Source: Spirochaetaceae bacterium (GTDB taxonomy: Bacteria; Spirochaetota; Spirochaetia; DSM-27196; SKKC01). Taken from it: a stretch of DNA of 64,000 nucleotides. The stretch spans positions 3,267-67,266 of the forward strand of contig JBKHAN010000001.1 of NCBI GenBank assembly GCA_046542845.1, written 5' to 3'. Shown one piece after another: positions 16,042 to 26,220 of the stretch. Under the pieces are notes generated by a model that saw only the letters and a list, made by a program, of their open reading frames with translations, ran no database searches and had not been told where the DNA came from. The position numbers and the translations under genes were made by a program. How positions within the stretch are numbered: the stretch's first letter is position 1; each line of letters begins with the position of its first letter.

Positions 16042-18423
16042 TTACATCCTCACAACGGCAACGGTAAGCGCCTCAATGGATACTCCGAGAGCGTCACGCG
16101 TGAACCCGGACGGCGACTGAATCGCATCAGTACCCGCCTGGTGTTTGTCTACGAGGACGTCGCCTGAGCGAAGGTCAACGGGTAGCGAGAACCGGCGCTG
16201 CTCGGTGTCGGCGTTCACGAGCACGTAATAGGTCTCGCCACTGGTTGAGGTCGCGGAGTACACAATGGCGAGGTCGGTTTCCTCTATCTCGGGAACATCT
16301 ATGCGCGCGACGTTCGCGGTGACCAGATCGTAACTGCCGAGGCGGAACGCGTCGGTGCTTCGTCGAAGGGCAACGAGGCCAGCGGTGTAGTCGCGGGTGC
16401 GAACAGACTCGGGGTGACGCTCGCGGTCGCGCACGCGTGCCCAGTCGAACATGTTGATTGCGTCGCTTGAATCATACGAGTCGTGTACGAACCAGGGGTA
16501 CATGAAGGGTTCGCCGTCGGCGTCCACCGCGTACGTTCCCTTGTGCTCGGGCTCTCCGGCCGCCCGCCACTGCTTGGTGCGGCCGTATTCCTGCCCGGCG
16601 TGCAGAAAGGCCACACCCTGGCTTGTAAGGACCATAGCGGTGCCTATACGGATGCGCCGCTGTATCGCACGCTGGTTTTCCGGGATATCCGGGCACAAAC
16701 GAGTGGACTGGGCAATAACGTCGTGAAGCGTCAGGTTGTCGTGCGCCGCAATGTACTGAACGACATCCGCAGGGCTTGTTGTTACAAAGTTGTGCGGGCG
16801 GCCGCGGACGTTATCAAAGATATGCTCGATATCGCGGGGACCACCGGTAATGAACATGGGCTCGCCTTCGCTTCCGAAGCCGGATTTGAGTTCGTTCCGG
16901 AAGTCGTCCGAAAAGACTGCAACGCTGTCGGTGTGCTGCATCCAGTCCTGATCGGCCGGCATGCGCGGGTCCCCTTCGTCCCCCACAAAGGTACGCCACC
17001 CTTCGCCTATCATGATACTATTCGGATTGATGCTCCTCGCCCGGTCGTACGCGATCTGTATTGACTCCGCGTCGTGGTCGCCCATCATGTCAAAGCGAAA
17101 TCCGTCCACCTTGAACTCGCGCGTCCAGTAACTAATGGAGTCCACGAGAATGCGCCGCGCCATAGCGTGTGTCGTTCCAGGACGACCGCCGCCGAAACTC
17201 GTTCGCGGCGTTCCGTCGGCATCCATGAAGTGGTAGTAGCCCGGGGCAAGGTCTTCAAGGATATGCACCGCGGCGGTGTGGTTAAACACCACGTCAAGAA
17301 TGACGCCCATACTCCGCTCGTGAATCGCGGCAATGAGGTTCTTCAGCTCCTCTATACGGCGTTCGGGGTCGGCGGGGTTATCGGAATACATGCCACTTAC
17401 CGAGAAGTAGCTGTGCGGATCGTAACCCCAGTTATAATTGTTCCCTTTTGCCGAGAAATGCATTTCCCGATCGCGGCTAGAAAGTTCATCGCCGCACATG
17501 TAGCTCATGACCGGTAGCAGCTGCACGTGCGTCACGCCAAGCGACGCAACATAGTCGAGTATATCGATGAAGGCTTCAAACGTACCGAACGGCGCGTTCA
17601 GTTCGTGCTCAAGTGATGGGTCCACAGTAAGATCGCGCGCGTGCGCTTCCCAGATAACGGCGTCAGTTCTGTGCTCATAGGCGGGTATGTCGGCAAACGA
17701 GAGCGTCGGCCCTATGCTCGACACGTCAATAATCGCACCCTTGCCTATGGTGTGTATCGCGTCGTTGAACGGCGCCATGGACGGCGCGTAGGGGTCAAGC
17801 GCGAGGCGGTAGCCACCCGTACCGGCGGCGTCCACCCGGTACTGGTAGAAGTACCCCCGCAGGCTTGGAAGCCCCGTGTTCGACGAATCAAGCCGTACCG
17901 ACCAGACGCCGTTATCGCCACGGCTCATAGGAATGCGGTCTTTGACAATCACATCCGGGTCCGCAGCGTCGTACAGAACAACTTCCACATTCGCGACCGT
18001 GGGCGACCACATTGTAAGCTCTGCGCTTCCGTCGGCATACAGGCGGGGACCGAGCCGGTCCTCGCAGGCGTACCGTGCATCTATATACTGCCAGCCGACC
18101 CGGGCACGTACCTCGCGCCCGTCAAGACGCACCATGCAGGGCACCGAATCAATGTCCACATCCACGGTGACTTCGACCGTCCGTCTGTCGCGGAGCAGGC
18201 GCACGCCCGAAAACGCGACACTTTTCCCCTGTGCGTCTGTGATCTCGAGGCGTTGATCGAGGTCTTGGCGCGTGTAGCCCTCTGTCGTGCCGAACGTCAA
18301 TGTAATGGTGCTGTCGCTCGCCACAACGGCAGAACGAAGCTGCCGGTCGCTCGTGTGCGCGGGGTTCGTGTATATCTGATCATCTCCCTGTCTGATCCAA
18401 ACTCTGTTCACTCTATCTCTCAT
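16042..18423 (-). CDS. pulA: type I pullulanase (GH13_14-like)
   Basis: YNWGYDP, VILDVVFNHT, VDGFRFDMMGDH, IGEGW, YIAAHDN. No signal peptide. Confidence 0.85.
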   Translation of the reverse strand: MRDRVNRVWIRQGDDQIYTNPAHTSDRQLRSAVVASDSTITLTFGTTEGYTRQDLDQRLEITDAQGKSVAFSGVRLLRDRRTVEVTVDVDIDSVPCMVRLDGREVRARVGWQYIDARYACEDRLGPRLYADGSAELTMWSPTVANVEVVLYDAADPDVIVKDRIPMSRGDNGVWSVRLDSSNTGLPSLRGYFYQYRVDAAGTGGYRLALDPYAPSMAPFNDAIHTIGKGAIIDVSSIGPTLSFADIPAYEHRTDAVIWEAHARDLTVDPSLEHELNAPFGTFEAFIDILDYVASLGVTHVQLLPVMSYMCGDELSSRDREMHFSAKGNNYNWGYDPHSYFSVSGMYSDNPADPERRIEELKNLIAAIHERSMGVILDVVFNHTAAVHILEDLAPGYYHFMDADGTPRTSFGGGRPGTTHAMARRILVDSISYWTREFKVDGFRFDMMGDHDAESIQIAYDRARSINPNSIMIGEGWRTFVGDEGDPRMPADQDWMQHTDSVAVFSDDFRNELKSGFGSEGEPMFITGGPRDIEHIFDNVRGRPHNFVTTSPADVVQYIAAHDNLTLHDVIAQSTRLCPDIPENQRAIQRRIRIGTAMVLTSQGVAFLHAGQEYGRTKQWRAAGEPEHKGTYAVDADGEPFMYPWFVHDSYDSSDAINMFDWARVRDRERHPESVRTRDYTAGLVALRRSTDAFRLGSYDLVTANVARIDVPEIEETDLAIVYSATSTSGETYYVLVNADTEQRRFSLPVDLRSGDVLVDKHQAGTDAIQSPSGFTRDALGVSIEALTVAVVRM

Positions 18424-18474
18424 CTCAAAATCCTTGTCCCCACCGTCCCTGCCCGAGGCGGAAAAGCCGATGTA

Positions 18475-19539
18475 CTACTTACTTCCCGGTGGCATGGTCG
18501 ACCCGCCGACCCTGAGACGGGTTTCAATGACCATGGGGCGTGTCGAGAAGGCCTTTCCGTGGATTGCCGAGAGCAGTAGTCGTCCGGCGTGTTCACCCTT
18601 CTCGTATCCCGGTTGAACGATTGTCGTAAGCGGTGGCGTCAGTAAGGTCCCTTCCGGAATTCCGTCGAAACCGGCTATCGAGACATCCTGGGGGATTCGG
18701 ATATTACATTCGTTTGCTGCCTGGTATACCCCGAGCGCAACCTCATCGCACATGGTTACGACGGCGGTCGGTCGATCAGATCCAAATCCGAACAGGAGTC
18801 TACCAGCCCGGACGCCGGCGTCGAAGGTCGACTCTGTCGGAATACACTGGACGGACGGCGAACGGGTTGACAGGCCTTCTTCATGGAACGCGTCTTCTAT
18901 ACCCTTCATTCTTCGAACGCCTGCTCCCGAAAAATACATTTCCGGTTCTGAGTCGTCGTCCCGTATCGGATCCTGATCGAGCGAACCGAGCAGGAGGACC
19001 GCGATTCGACGATGTCCGAGGTCCAGCACATATCGCATGAGCGTATACGCCGCACGCTCGTCGTCTATACACACCGACGGAATACCCAGATCGTCCGGGA
19101 TATCTATGGCTACGAAGGGAATATGCCTCTGCCGTATGGTTGCCGCTGCGTTTGTACTCGGAAGCAGACCAAGCGTGACCAGCCCGTCGACCGGAGCGAC
19201 GCGTACGCTGCTGTCCAGAGACCCCTGTATAGGTGGAATAAGGGTAAGCGAGTACTGTTCGGTCTCGCACGCAGCGCCGAGTCCCCGAAGAATCTGTGCA
19301 AGATAGCGGTTACCGAATGCAAGCTGTATGCTCTGGGGCAATAGCAGTCCGATCGTCCCAATACGTTTGGAGCTCATGGTGCGAGCAACCGGATCGGGAA
19401 CGTAACCGTGTTGTCGTGCTATCGAAAGCACTTTCTCCCGAGTGTCCACCGAAATTCGTGACGGCTCATTAAACGCAAAAGAAACAGTCGTCTTCGAGAC
19501 GCCGGCTAACTCCGCGATGTCCTTTATGGTAACCCTCAT
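18475..19539 (-). CDS. LacI family transcriptional regulator
   Basis: N-terminal HTH MRVTIKDIAELAGVSKTTVSFAFN followed by a periplasmic-binding-fold body. It lies 51 nt upstream of pulA on the same strand. Confidence 0.9.
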   Translation of the reverse strand: MRVTIKDIAELAGVSKTTVSFAFNEPSRISVDTREKVLSIARQHGYVPDPVARTMSSKRIGTIGLLLPQSIQLAFGNRYLAQILRGLGAACETEQYSLTLIPPIQGSLDSSVRVAPVDGLVTLGLLPSTNAAATIRQRHIPFVAIDIPDDLGIPSVCIDDERAAYTLMRYVLDLGHRRIAVLLLGSLDQDPIRDDDSEPEMYFSGAGVRRMKGIEDAFHEEGLSTRSPSVQCIPTESTFDAGVRAGRLLFGFGSDRPTAVVTMCDEVALGVYQAANECNIRIPQDVSIAGFDGIPEGTLLTPPLTTIVQPGYEKGEHAGRLLLSAIHGKAFSTRPMVIETRLRVGGSTMPPGSK

Positions 19540-19641
19540 GCTTATAACTCGTCCCTTGTTACACGACCGCTGCCACTACAGTAGTGAGCGCCGTTCTCGC
19601 ACCGTGCGCTCTTCCACGTAAAACAGGAGAGAACAACAAAG

Positions 19642-19667
19642 AAAACCGGTTTGCTAAACCGTTTTAC
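19642..19667. promoter_or_regulatory. LacI-type operator (tandem AAACCGGTTT / AAACCGTTT)
   Basis: AAAACCGGTTTGCTAAACCGTTTTAC. It is identical to the 27604 site apart from a 1-nt deletion in the right half. Confidence 0.6.
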
Positions 19668-19680
19668 ATGCGCTGAAGAC

Positions 19681-19709
19681 AGCCTATGATCACTCATTTG
19701 ATCTGTCAA
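19681..19709 (-). promoter_or_regulatory. sigma70-like promoter of the lacI-pulA operon
   Basis: Minus strand reads TTGACA (19709..19704), a 17-nt spacer, then TAGGCT (19686..19681). The operator lies 14-40 nt downstream of the -10. Confidence 0.5.
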
Positions 19710-19840
19710 CGTTTATTTGCGTGTGAGCGTGAGCTTTTTGCGTATAAAACACCCGGGACGTCAAAACCGAAAAAATGCAAAGGCGGCCGCATACGGCTTG
19801 CTTGACACGACACATCTGAAACGTCAGTTTCTTAGTCGCC

Positions 19841-21574
19841 ATGAAACGAGAAGCTGTTTTACACATAGCAAACATGCTTGACGCATACGGATTATCAGAC
19901 AACAGAGTTGTGATACGTTTACGAACAGCGAAAGATGATTGCCGGGCGGTACGGTTGTTTTACGTTGACAAATATCTGTTCGAACGGACGGGTACGTACC
20001 ACGATACCGGAATGAACAAGGTCGCAAGCTGCGATCTGTTTGACTACTACGAGGCCGAGATAAGCTTTCGGTTTATAAGCATGCAGTACTTTTTTTCCCT
20101 TGAGCAGGGTGACCAAAGTCTGTTCTACGGAAAGGATACGTTTCAGAATACGATGCCGGTTTCGATTGGTGCGATGTATAACTTTCCCGTTCTCGCCGAG
20201 TCAGGCGAACTCGCCGTCCCGCCGTGGGCCCAGGATGCGATCGCATACCAGATATTTCCCGAACGTTTTTCCCGCGATAATGACAATGCATCGGAGGCGG
20301 GTCAGGACGATTGGTATGGCCCGATAGCACACCGAAGTTTTCTCGGTGGAACCATACGGGGTATTATTGATAAACTGGATTATCTCGCAGACCTCGGGAT
20401 CAATCTGATATATCTCAACCCGATTTTTCCTTCCCGCTCGAATCATAAATACGATACACGAGATTATTTTGATATTGATCCCGCTTTTGGTACGAAAGAC
20501 GATTTTCGCGATCTCGTGAACGCGTGTCATGACCGCGGAATGCGCATCATTCTGGACGGTGTTTTTAATCACAGTGGTAAGGATTTCTTCGCATTTCAGG
20601 ATGTGCTCGAAAAAGGAGAGACATCCGAGTACGCCGACTGGTTCGTGTGCGATTCGTTTCCACTGGATCCACAGATCACCCATGGCCCGCAACTGCAGTA
20701 TAAGTCCTTTGGATATTTTCACGCGATGCCCAAGTTTAATCACGCGAATCCCGCCGTCATCGACTACATTTGCAAGGTAGGATGCTATTGGGTGGAAGAG
20801 TTTGGGATAGACGGATGGCGTATGGATGTCGCCGACGAAGTGCCGTTCGATGTATGGCGCACGTTTCGAAAACGAGTGCATAAGGTAAACCCGAATGTTC
20901 TGCTACTTGCGGAAATCTGGTACGATTCACGCCCATGGCTGCAGGGTGACCAGTTCGACTCTGTTATGAATTACCTTTTCTTCGATGCGGTGATTGACTT
21001 TGTTGCTGAGAAATCGATTCAGGCCTCAGAGTTTTCGCACAGACTCGGTTTCATCCGGGGCCTGTATAAAAAGCCGGTTTTTGATGTGTTGTGGAATCTT
21101 ATAGACAGTCACGATACGCCACGGTTTCTGCATCGAGCACAAGAGGACACATTGAAGCTGGAAATGGCCGCTCTCCTGCAAATGACCTTTCCAGGAATTC
21201 CCTGTGTGTATTACGGTGACGAGCTCGCGATGACCGGAGGAGCCGATCCTGATTGCCGACGAGGGATGCGATGGAACCGAATTGAATCGCATGGGCACAT
21301 ACGTTCATACTACAAACGTCTTATTCAGGCACGGAAAAACATACCTGCTCTGCGCTATGGTGACTTCGTGCAGGGACAAACCGATGATACGGCGAACGTA
21401 TGTATATTCAGACGAATCTACGGCGAAGAAGAGTGTGTGATTATACTGAACAACGGCACCGCACCCTACACGCATGAAACCGATCGGAGTGCGCGCAACG
21501 TGTTAGCGGAGACTGCCGCAACGGTGTCTCACACGGTTGCGGCGGGTTCAAGCGCGATTCTGCAGCTTGTCTGA
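19841..21574 (+). CDS. GH13 neopullulanase / cyclomaltodextrinase / maltogenic-amylase-like enzyme
   Basis: YQIFPERFS, DKLDYLADLGINLIYLNPIF, ILDGVFNHSG, GIDGWRMDVADEV, LAEIW, DSHDTPRF. Has an N-terminal extra domain and no signal peptide. Confidence 0.85.
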   Translation: MKREAVLHIANMLDAYGLSDNRVVIRLRTAKDDCRAVRLFYVDKYLFERTGTYHDTGMNKVASCDLFDYYEAEISFRFISMQYFFSLEQGDQSLFYGKDTFQNTMPVSIGAMYNFPVLAESGELAVPPWAQDAIAYQIFPERFSRDNDNASEAGQDDWYGPIAHRSFLGGTIRGIIDKLDYLADLGINLIYLNPIFPSRSNHKYDTRDYFDIDPAFGTKDDFRDLVNACHDRGMRIILDGVFNHSGKDFFAFQDVLEKGETSEYADWFVCDSFPLDPQITHGPQLQYKSFGYFHAMPKFNHANPAVIDYICKVGCYWVEEFGIDGWRMDVADEVPFDVWRTFRKRVHKVNPNVLLLAEIWYDSRPWLQGDQFDSVMNYLFFDAVIDFVAEKSIQASEFSHRLGFIRGLYKKPVFDVLWNLIDSHDTPRFLHRAQEDTLKLEMAALLQMTFPGIPCVYYGDELAMTGGADPDCRRGMRWNRIESHGHIRSYYKRLIQARKNIPALRYGDFVQGQTDDTANVCIFRRIYGEEECVIILNNGTAPYTHETDRSARNVLAETAATVSHTVAAGSSAILQLV

Positions 21575-21575
21575 G

Positions 21576-22691
21576 CTACTTGTTGATCCTCAGACCCGTT
21601 TCAGTATCGAAGTAGTGTATGGCATCCAGCTCGAATCCGATATCGTACGTTCTGTCTTCTTCAAATGTGTAGTGTCCCGGGGTAGATATTATCATTTCGG
21701 ACCCATCGCTCAGTCGAACATACAGAATTTTCTCTTTACCGAGCATTTCGACGTTCAGAACTTGTGCCTGGAAGGTATCTTTCGACTTTATTTTCTGACT
21801 GTCGAAACGTTCCGGACGTATACCTACGGTAACAGCTTTGCCCTCATATTCCTTCAATACCGCAGCATCTTTCGTGTCAGGCGTAATAACGATCAGCTTG
21901 CTGTCTGAGACAAATTTTCCGTTTTGCATTGAGCCGCTAACCATATTTATGCTGGGAGATCCGATAAATCTCGCAACAAAAATATTCGCGGGTTTATCGT
22001 AGAACTCCTCTGGTGCACCAATCTGCTGAATACTGCCGTCATGCATGAGTATGATCATATCTGCCATAGTCATGGCCTCGATCTGGTCATGTGTTACGTA
22101 AACCGAGGTCGTTCCGAGCTGCTTGTGAAGTCGAACAAGTTCTACTCTCATACGTTCACGCAGCTTCGCATCAAGGTTAGAGAGGGGTTCGTCCATCAGA
22201 AACACCTTCGGGTTTCGCACCATAGCTCGCCCGAGTGCAACGCGTTGCCGCTGACCCCCCGAAATGTCGGAGGGTTTTGCGTACAGCTGGTTTTCGACCT
22301 GAAGTACCCTGGCCGCTTCGCGAACCCGATCGTCTATGAGCTTTTTTGGCTCTTTTCTCATCGTAAGCGAAAACGCCATGTTTTCGTACACGGTCATATG
22401 CGGGTACAAGGCATAGGACTGAAACACCATCGCAATGTCTCGATCTTTCGAGGGGATCTTGTTCATTCGCTTCCCGTCGAATAACAGGTCGCCCTCGGTT
22501 ATCGAGTTCAGACCCGCAAGCATGCGCAAAAGCGTGGTTTTTCCACAGCCGGACGGACCAAGAATTACACAAAAATCCTTGGACGCAATCTCAAGACTGA
22601 TGTTACGGAGGGTCCAGGCCTCGTTCCCTTCGTATTTTTTTCCTATGTTTTGCAAGGTAACTTTCATGTGTGATCTCCAATGATTTGACAA
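21576..22691 (-). CDS. sugar ABC transporter ATP-binding protein (MsmK/MalK/UgpC type)
   Basis: Walker A GPSGCGKTT, signature LSGGQRQRVALGRA, Walker B FLMDEPLSNLD, and a C-terminal TOBE-like domain. Confidence 0.9.
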   Translation of the reverse strand: MSNHWRSHMKVTLQNIGKKYEGNEAWTLRNISLEIASKDFCVILGPSGCGKTTLLRMLAGLNSITEGDLLFDGKRMNKIPSKDRDIAMVFQSYALYPHMTVYENMAFSLTMRKEPKKLIDDRVREAARVLQVENQLYAKPSDISGGQRQRVALGRAMVRNPKVFLMDEPLSNLDAKLRERMRVELVRLHKQLGTTSVYVTHDQIEAMTMADMIILMHDGSIQQIGAPEEFYDKPANIFVARFIGSPSINMVSGSMQNGKFVSDSKLIVITPDTKDAAVLKEYEGKAVTVGIRPERFDSQKIKSKDTFQAQVLNVEMLGKEKILYVRLSDGSEMIISTPGHYTFEEDRTYDIGFELDAIHYFDTETGLRINK

Positions 22692-22724
22692 CTGTCTGGT
22701 CTTGAACAGGTTAAATGCATACTC

Positions 22725-23618
22725 CTATCCCTTTACCGCACCACTGGCGAGACCAGAGACAAGCTGCCTGTTCAGTGCGATAAACAGCAGTGCGATCGGT
22801 ACAGCTATCAGCAGACCCCCTGCAGCAAACGCAGGCTGGTTAAGGGTTCGTTCGTCTGCTATGAGGGTGAACAGACCGGCAGCAAGCGTGTAGTCCTCTC
22901 TGCTCCTGAGCAATACCGCCGGGAGCAGGTAGTCCTGAAAGGGGCCAATAAAGGACCACAGACCAATAAGCGCGAGCATGGGTTTCGCAATGGGCATGAG
23001 GATGAGTTTGTATACTTTAATGTTGTTACACCCATCTATTCGGGCTGCGTCGTCGAGCTCAGTTGAGATGGAATCCAGATACATTTTCATTACAAAGGTA
23101 TTCATTGCGATTGCACCGCTGGAGTAAATAAAAACCAGCATCATCTGGCGACTAAACCACGGGGCAACCGATGCGACCACCGAATGAAGGGTAAAGAATA
23201 CCGGGATCGCGGTAAAGTTGGGGATGGTCTGTATGAGCATTACCGTCATGAGCGACTGCTTTCGACCGGTAAAACGGAACCTCGAAAACGCATAACTGGT
23301 CAACGAAGTGAAAATAACCGTAATAATCGCGGTCGCACCTGCAATGAACAAGGTATTCATAACCCAGCGTAAATACAGCGTCTCCTGAAAGAGGTGCTCA
23401 TAGTGACTGGTCGAAAAGATGAAATTATCGTTGGTCATGAGATAGGTGCTCTGCCGGCCGTTAAACGCCGATATTACCATCTGGAACAGCGGCCAGATTA
23501 TACCCCACGCCCAGGCGATGAGAACGACGTACATAAAAAGGACACCAATGAACCCTACCACCGTAAGCGGCTGCTTGTCGGAGAGATAAAGGTTTTCTTT
23601 TTTCCGAAAGACATTCAT
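22725..23618 (-). CDS. maltodextrin-type ABC permease (MalG-like)
   Basis: EAA loop LDDAARIDGCNNIKVYKLILMPIAKP. Its start shares 1 nt with the upstream stop (TAATG). Confidence 0.85.
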   Translation of the reverse strand: MNVFRKKENLYLSDKQPLTVVGFIGVLFMYVVLIAWAWGIIWPLFQMVISAFNGRQSTYLMTNDNFIFSTSHYEHLFQETLYLRWVMNTLFIAGATAIITVIFTSLTSYAFSRFRFTGRKQSLMTVMLIQTIPNFTAIPVFFTLHSVVASVAPWFSRQMMLVFIYSSGAIAMNTFVMKMYLDSISTELDDAARIDGCNNIKVYKLILMPIAKPMLALIGLWSFIGPFQDYLLPAVLLRSREDYTLAAGLFTLIADERTLNQPAFAAGGLLIAVPIALLFIALNRQLVSGLASGAVKG

Positions 23619-25714
23619 TACAGTCTCTCCTCTTTAAAGGCTTTGGAGTTTTTGAAGCCTAAGTACGCGAAGAACATCAGTCCAAGTGCCACTACGATCG
23701 AAATGGCAGCCCCTATCGACTGAAACTGATTCTGCATGACCAGCTTGAAGATGTAAGAAGCCAGGATGTCGGTGCCGCCCGCGAGGTTTCCATACACGCT
23801 GGGTCTGAATGGTCCTCCTTCGTTGAACAACCAGATAATGCTGAAGTTGTTGAAGTTAAACGTGTACTGCCCAACCAGCAACGGTGCCGTCTGAAAAAGC
23901 ACGATCGGTACGGTAATCCTGCGCAGCTTCTGCCACGCCGTCGCTCCGTCAATCTGGGCTGCCTCGTACAGATCGCCCGGAATAGCCTGGAGAACTCCAG
24001 TGAACAAAAGGAATATGTAAGAACTACCGAGCCAGGTCTGCAACAGTATAAGCGTGATACGCGATAGCAACACGTCAGTTCTGACGAGAATTCTTGTATT
24101 GAACGTGTTGCTCAGAATCTGTGTGAGGGCGCCTGTCGGGGAGAACATGATCGCAAAGAACATTATGGTAATGAACGCAGGAACCGCCCAGGGCAATATG
24201 TATATAGTGCGGAAGATGCCCTTGGCCTTTATACGATCGTGATTGACAAAGATAGCCAGAAAAAAGCCCACGACTATCGGCAGTGTAGACGATGCAATGG
24301 TCCAGACAACCGTCCACCCTAATACGAGCCAGAAAACCGACCCTGCAAGTCCCTGTCCAGTGACCAGCAAGGTGTAATTGTGAAACCCTACCCACGGGAA
24401 CTTTGACTGGGCATTGGGATCCATTCCGGTAAACGACAGCAGTATGGTCGTGGCAATTGGCACCATGACAATAAACATGATAATGAGCAGCGCAGGTGTG
24501 GACACCAGTATAGGAAAGCCCTCCTGCTCCAGAGTAGAAGTGGATTCAAACCAGTTTTTCTCCCGTATGCCCTTTATCATTCCTTTTTCGGTTAAGAACA
24601 CATCACGAAAACTGAAGAACAGAATGGCAAAGGCAATAACCAGAAGAAAAACGGCGATGACACCTTCGATCATGAAGATCAGAGATCGATCGATTCTGCG
24701 AGCGCCCTCCGCCAGGGTAATGAGTCCAGATATTCCCGTTCCCTGATAGTTTCCGTAACCAAGTGCGTACGGAATCGCGATTCCGTAGATAAACAAGGAC
24801 AGGACCGCAAAAATGCCCGCTTTGATGTGCTGACCATTCAGAGCCTGTCCAAGACCCGGAAGCAGCATTCCTGCAAACGCGTTACGGGGAGTCTGTTTTT
24901 CAATTTCAACCGGGGTGCTGCGACGGATATCGGAAATGCTCGAGTTCATGACCCATATTTTCCGTCGTGTGCCTACACGTAACTGATACTTCTTGGCTAC
25001 TGCAACTTCCCTGAGATCTTTCTCGTCAACCGCATACGACTTCAGAATGTTTGCTTCGAGCATTCGTTTCTTGAGTTCGACTATGCCACGACGCAGCGCT
25101 CGATCCGAAATGAGCCCATCACGTTTTTTTTGTCTTAGTTCTTTTTTTCGATCCTTGTACCGTTTATGCTCTTGTTTCTTTGCCTCCCGGAACTCATTTC
25201 TGGCTTTCTTCTGTTTCTTCCTGTCTATCGCGGAGAGATCCGACAAAACTCTGTTTCGTTCGTCCTGGGTCGTCTTGTAGTGCTGAATGATTCCTGGCAG
25301 GTGGTCGGAAACGGTGGTGTGTTCCTTATATGCCATTTCCGCGTCGTAGCATAATGCAGTGTACCGGCTGTAGAAAATCGCCTTCTTTTCGCTTTCGAAG
25401 AGGCGCTTGTAAAACCGCCGTATGCGAAAGCTGTTACCCCTGTCGATTTCCTGCATGTGCTTTTTCGTCGCCGGCCGAAGGTCTCTCAGGAACTGCTTTT
25501 CTTCTCGTTGGTAAGTTTCAAGCTCTTTATTATAGGGATGTGACCGCTTGCTTTTCTTTAGTTGTGTAATCTTCTGTCGTATTGCTGCAGCTGAGCCCGA
25601 ATCTGATTCGGACAGTTGCTGATACAGACTATACAACTCGTACAAGTATCGATTCTTCCGCTCGTAACGGCGCCCAATTTCATCGTAGAGGTAGATGCGG
25701 TCTTCTGGTTTCAA
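23618..25714 (-). CDS. maltodextrin-type ABC permease (MalF-like) with a ~280 aa K/R/E-rich N-terminal extension
   Basis: The C-terminal ~400 aa form a MalF-like permease (LYEAAQIDGATAWQKLRRITVPI). The first ~280 aa are highly charged, for example RKKQKKARNEFREAKKQEHKRYKDRKKELRQKKRD, with no TM segment. Confidence 0.8.
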   Translation of the reverse strand: MKPEDRIYLYDEIGRRYERKNRYLYELYSLYQQLSESDSGSAAAIRQKITQLKKSKRSHPYNKELETYQREEKQFLRDLRPATKKHMQEIDRGNSFRIRRFYKRLFESEKKAIFYSRYTALCYDAEMAYKEHTTVSDHLPGIIQHYKTTQDERNRVLSDLSAIDRKKQKKARNEFREAKKQEHKRYKDRKKELRQKKRDGLISDRALRRGIVELKKRMLEANILKSYAVDEKDLREVAVAKKYQLRVGTRRKIWVMNSSISDIRRSTPVEIEKQTPRNAFAGMLLPGLGQALNGQHIKAGIFAVLSLFIYGIAIPYALGYGNYQGTGISGLITLAEGARRIDRSLIFMIEGVIAVFLLVIAFAILFFSFRDVFLTEKGMIKGIREKNWFESTSTLEQEGFPILVSTPALLIIMFIVMVPIATTILLSFTGMDPNAQSKFPWVGFHNYTLLVTGQGLAGSVFWLVLGWTVVWTIASSTLPIVVGFFLAIFVNHDRIKAKGIFRTIYILPWAVPAFITIMFFAIMFSPTGALTQILSNTFNTRILVRTDVLLSRITLILLQTWLGSSYIFLLFTGVLQAIPGDLYEAAQIDGATAWQKLRRITVPIVLFQTAPLLVGQYTFNFNNFSIIWLFNEGGPFRPSVYGNLAGGTDILASYIFKLVMQNQFQSIGAAISIVVALGLMFFAYLGFKNSKAFKEERL

Positions 25715-25732
25715 AATTTTCCTGCCTTTCCT

Positions 25733-26176
25733 TTACTCACTGGTGCTTTCACGAATCACGAACATCAGTGACAGAATCGCAAGTAGCAGTATCCCGTGAA
25801 GCACGATATATGCTGGAAAGAAAAACGCTCGCATTTCCAGTCCAACAAGATTGTACGCCAGTCCGCCGGATATCAACACCGTCCACATGAACACGAAAAG
25901 CGCATTGATTCTCACAAACCTGTACGATGCATACGCGTACATCGCAAATGCTGCAGGAATCGTAATTCTCATAGCATACTGGCTAAGCCTGGCCGTAACG
26001 TACATGTCAAGACTGCCTCCATGCATTAATCCGTCAGCGGTGCCCATCCAGGACTCGAAAAAACGTACATCTCTTACATAAAACAAGACTTCAATAGAAT
26101 TCAGAAAAACAATACCGGCTGTGGTTACAAGAAAAACATAAAGATGCTTGAGCGGCAGCTTTGTGGTGGAGTTCAG
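25733..26176 (-). CDS. small 4-TM membrane protein inside the mal operon, probable non-ATG start
   Basis: Track ORF starts at TTG 26086, which has no SD. The frame is open upstream to 26197 and encodes another hydrophobic helix, HLYVFLVTTAGIVFL. CTG at 26176 sits 5 nt after AAGGGAGGA. Confidence 0.45.
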   Translation of the reverse strand: MNSTTKLPLKHLYVFLVTTAGIVFLNSIEVLFYVRDVRFFESWMGTADGLMHGGSLDMYVTARLSQYAMRITIPAAFAMYAYASYRFVRINALFVFMWTVLISGGLAYNLVGLEMRAFFFPAYIVLHGILLLAILSLMFVIRESTSE

Positions 26177-26220
26177 GCTGTCCTCCCTTCCGTTACGTCA
26201 ATACATGCCGTCGTTCCGAT

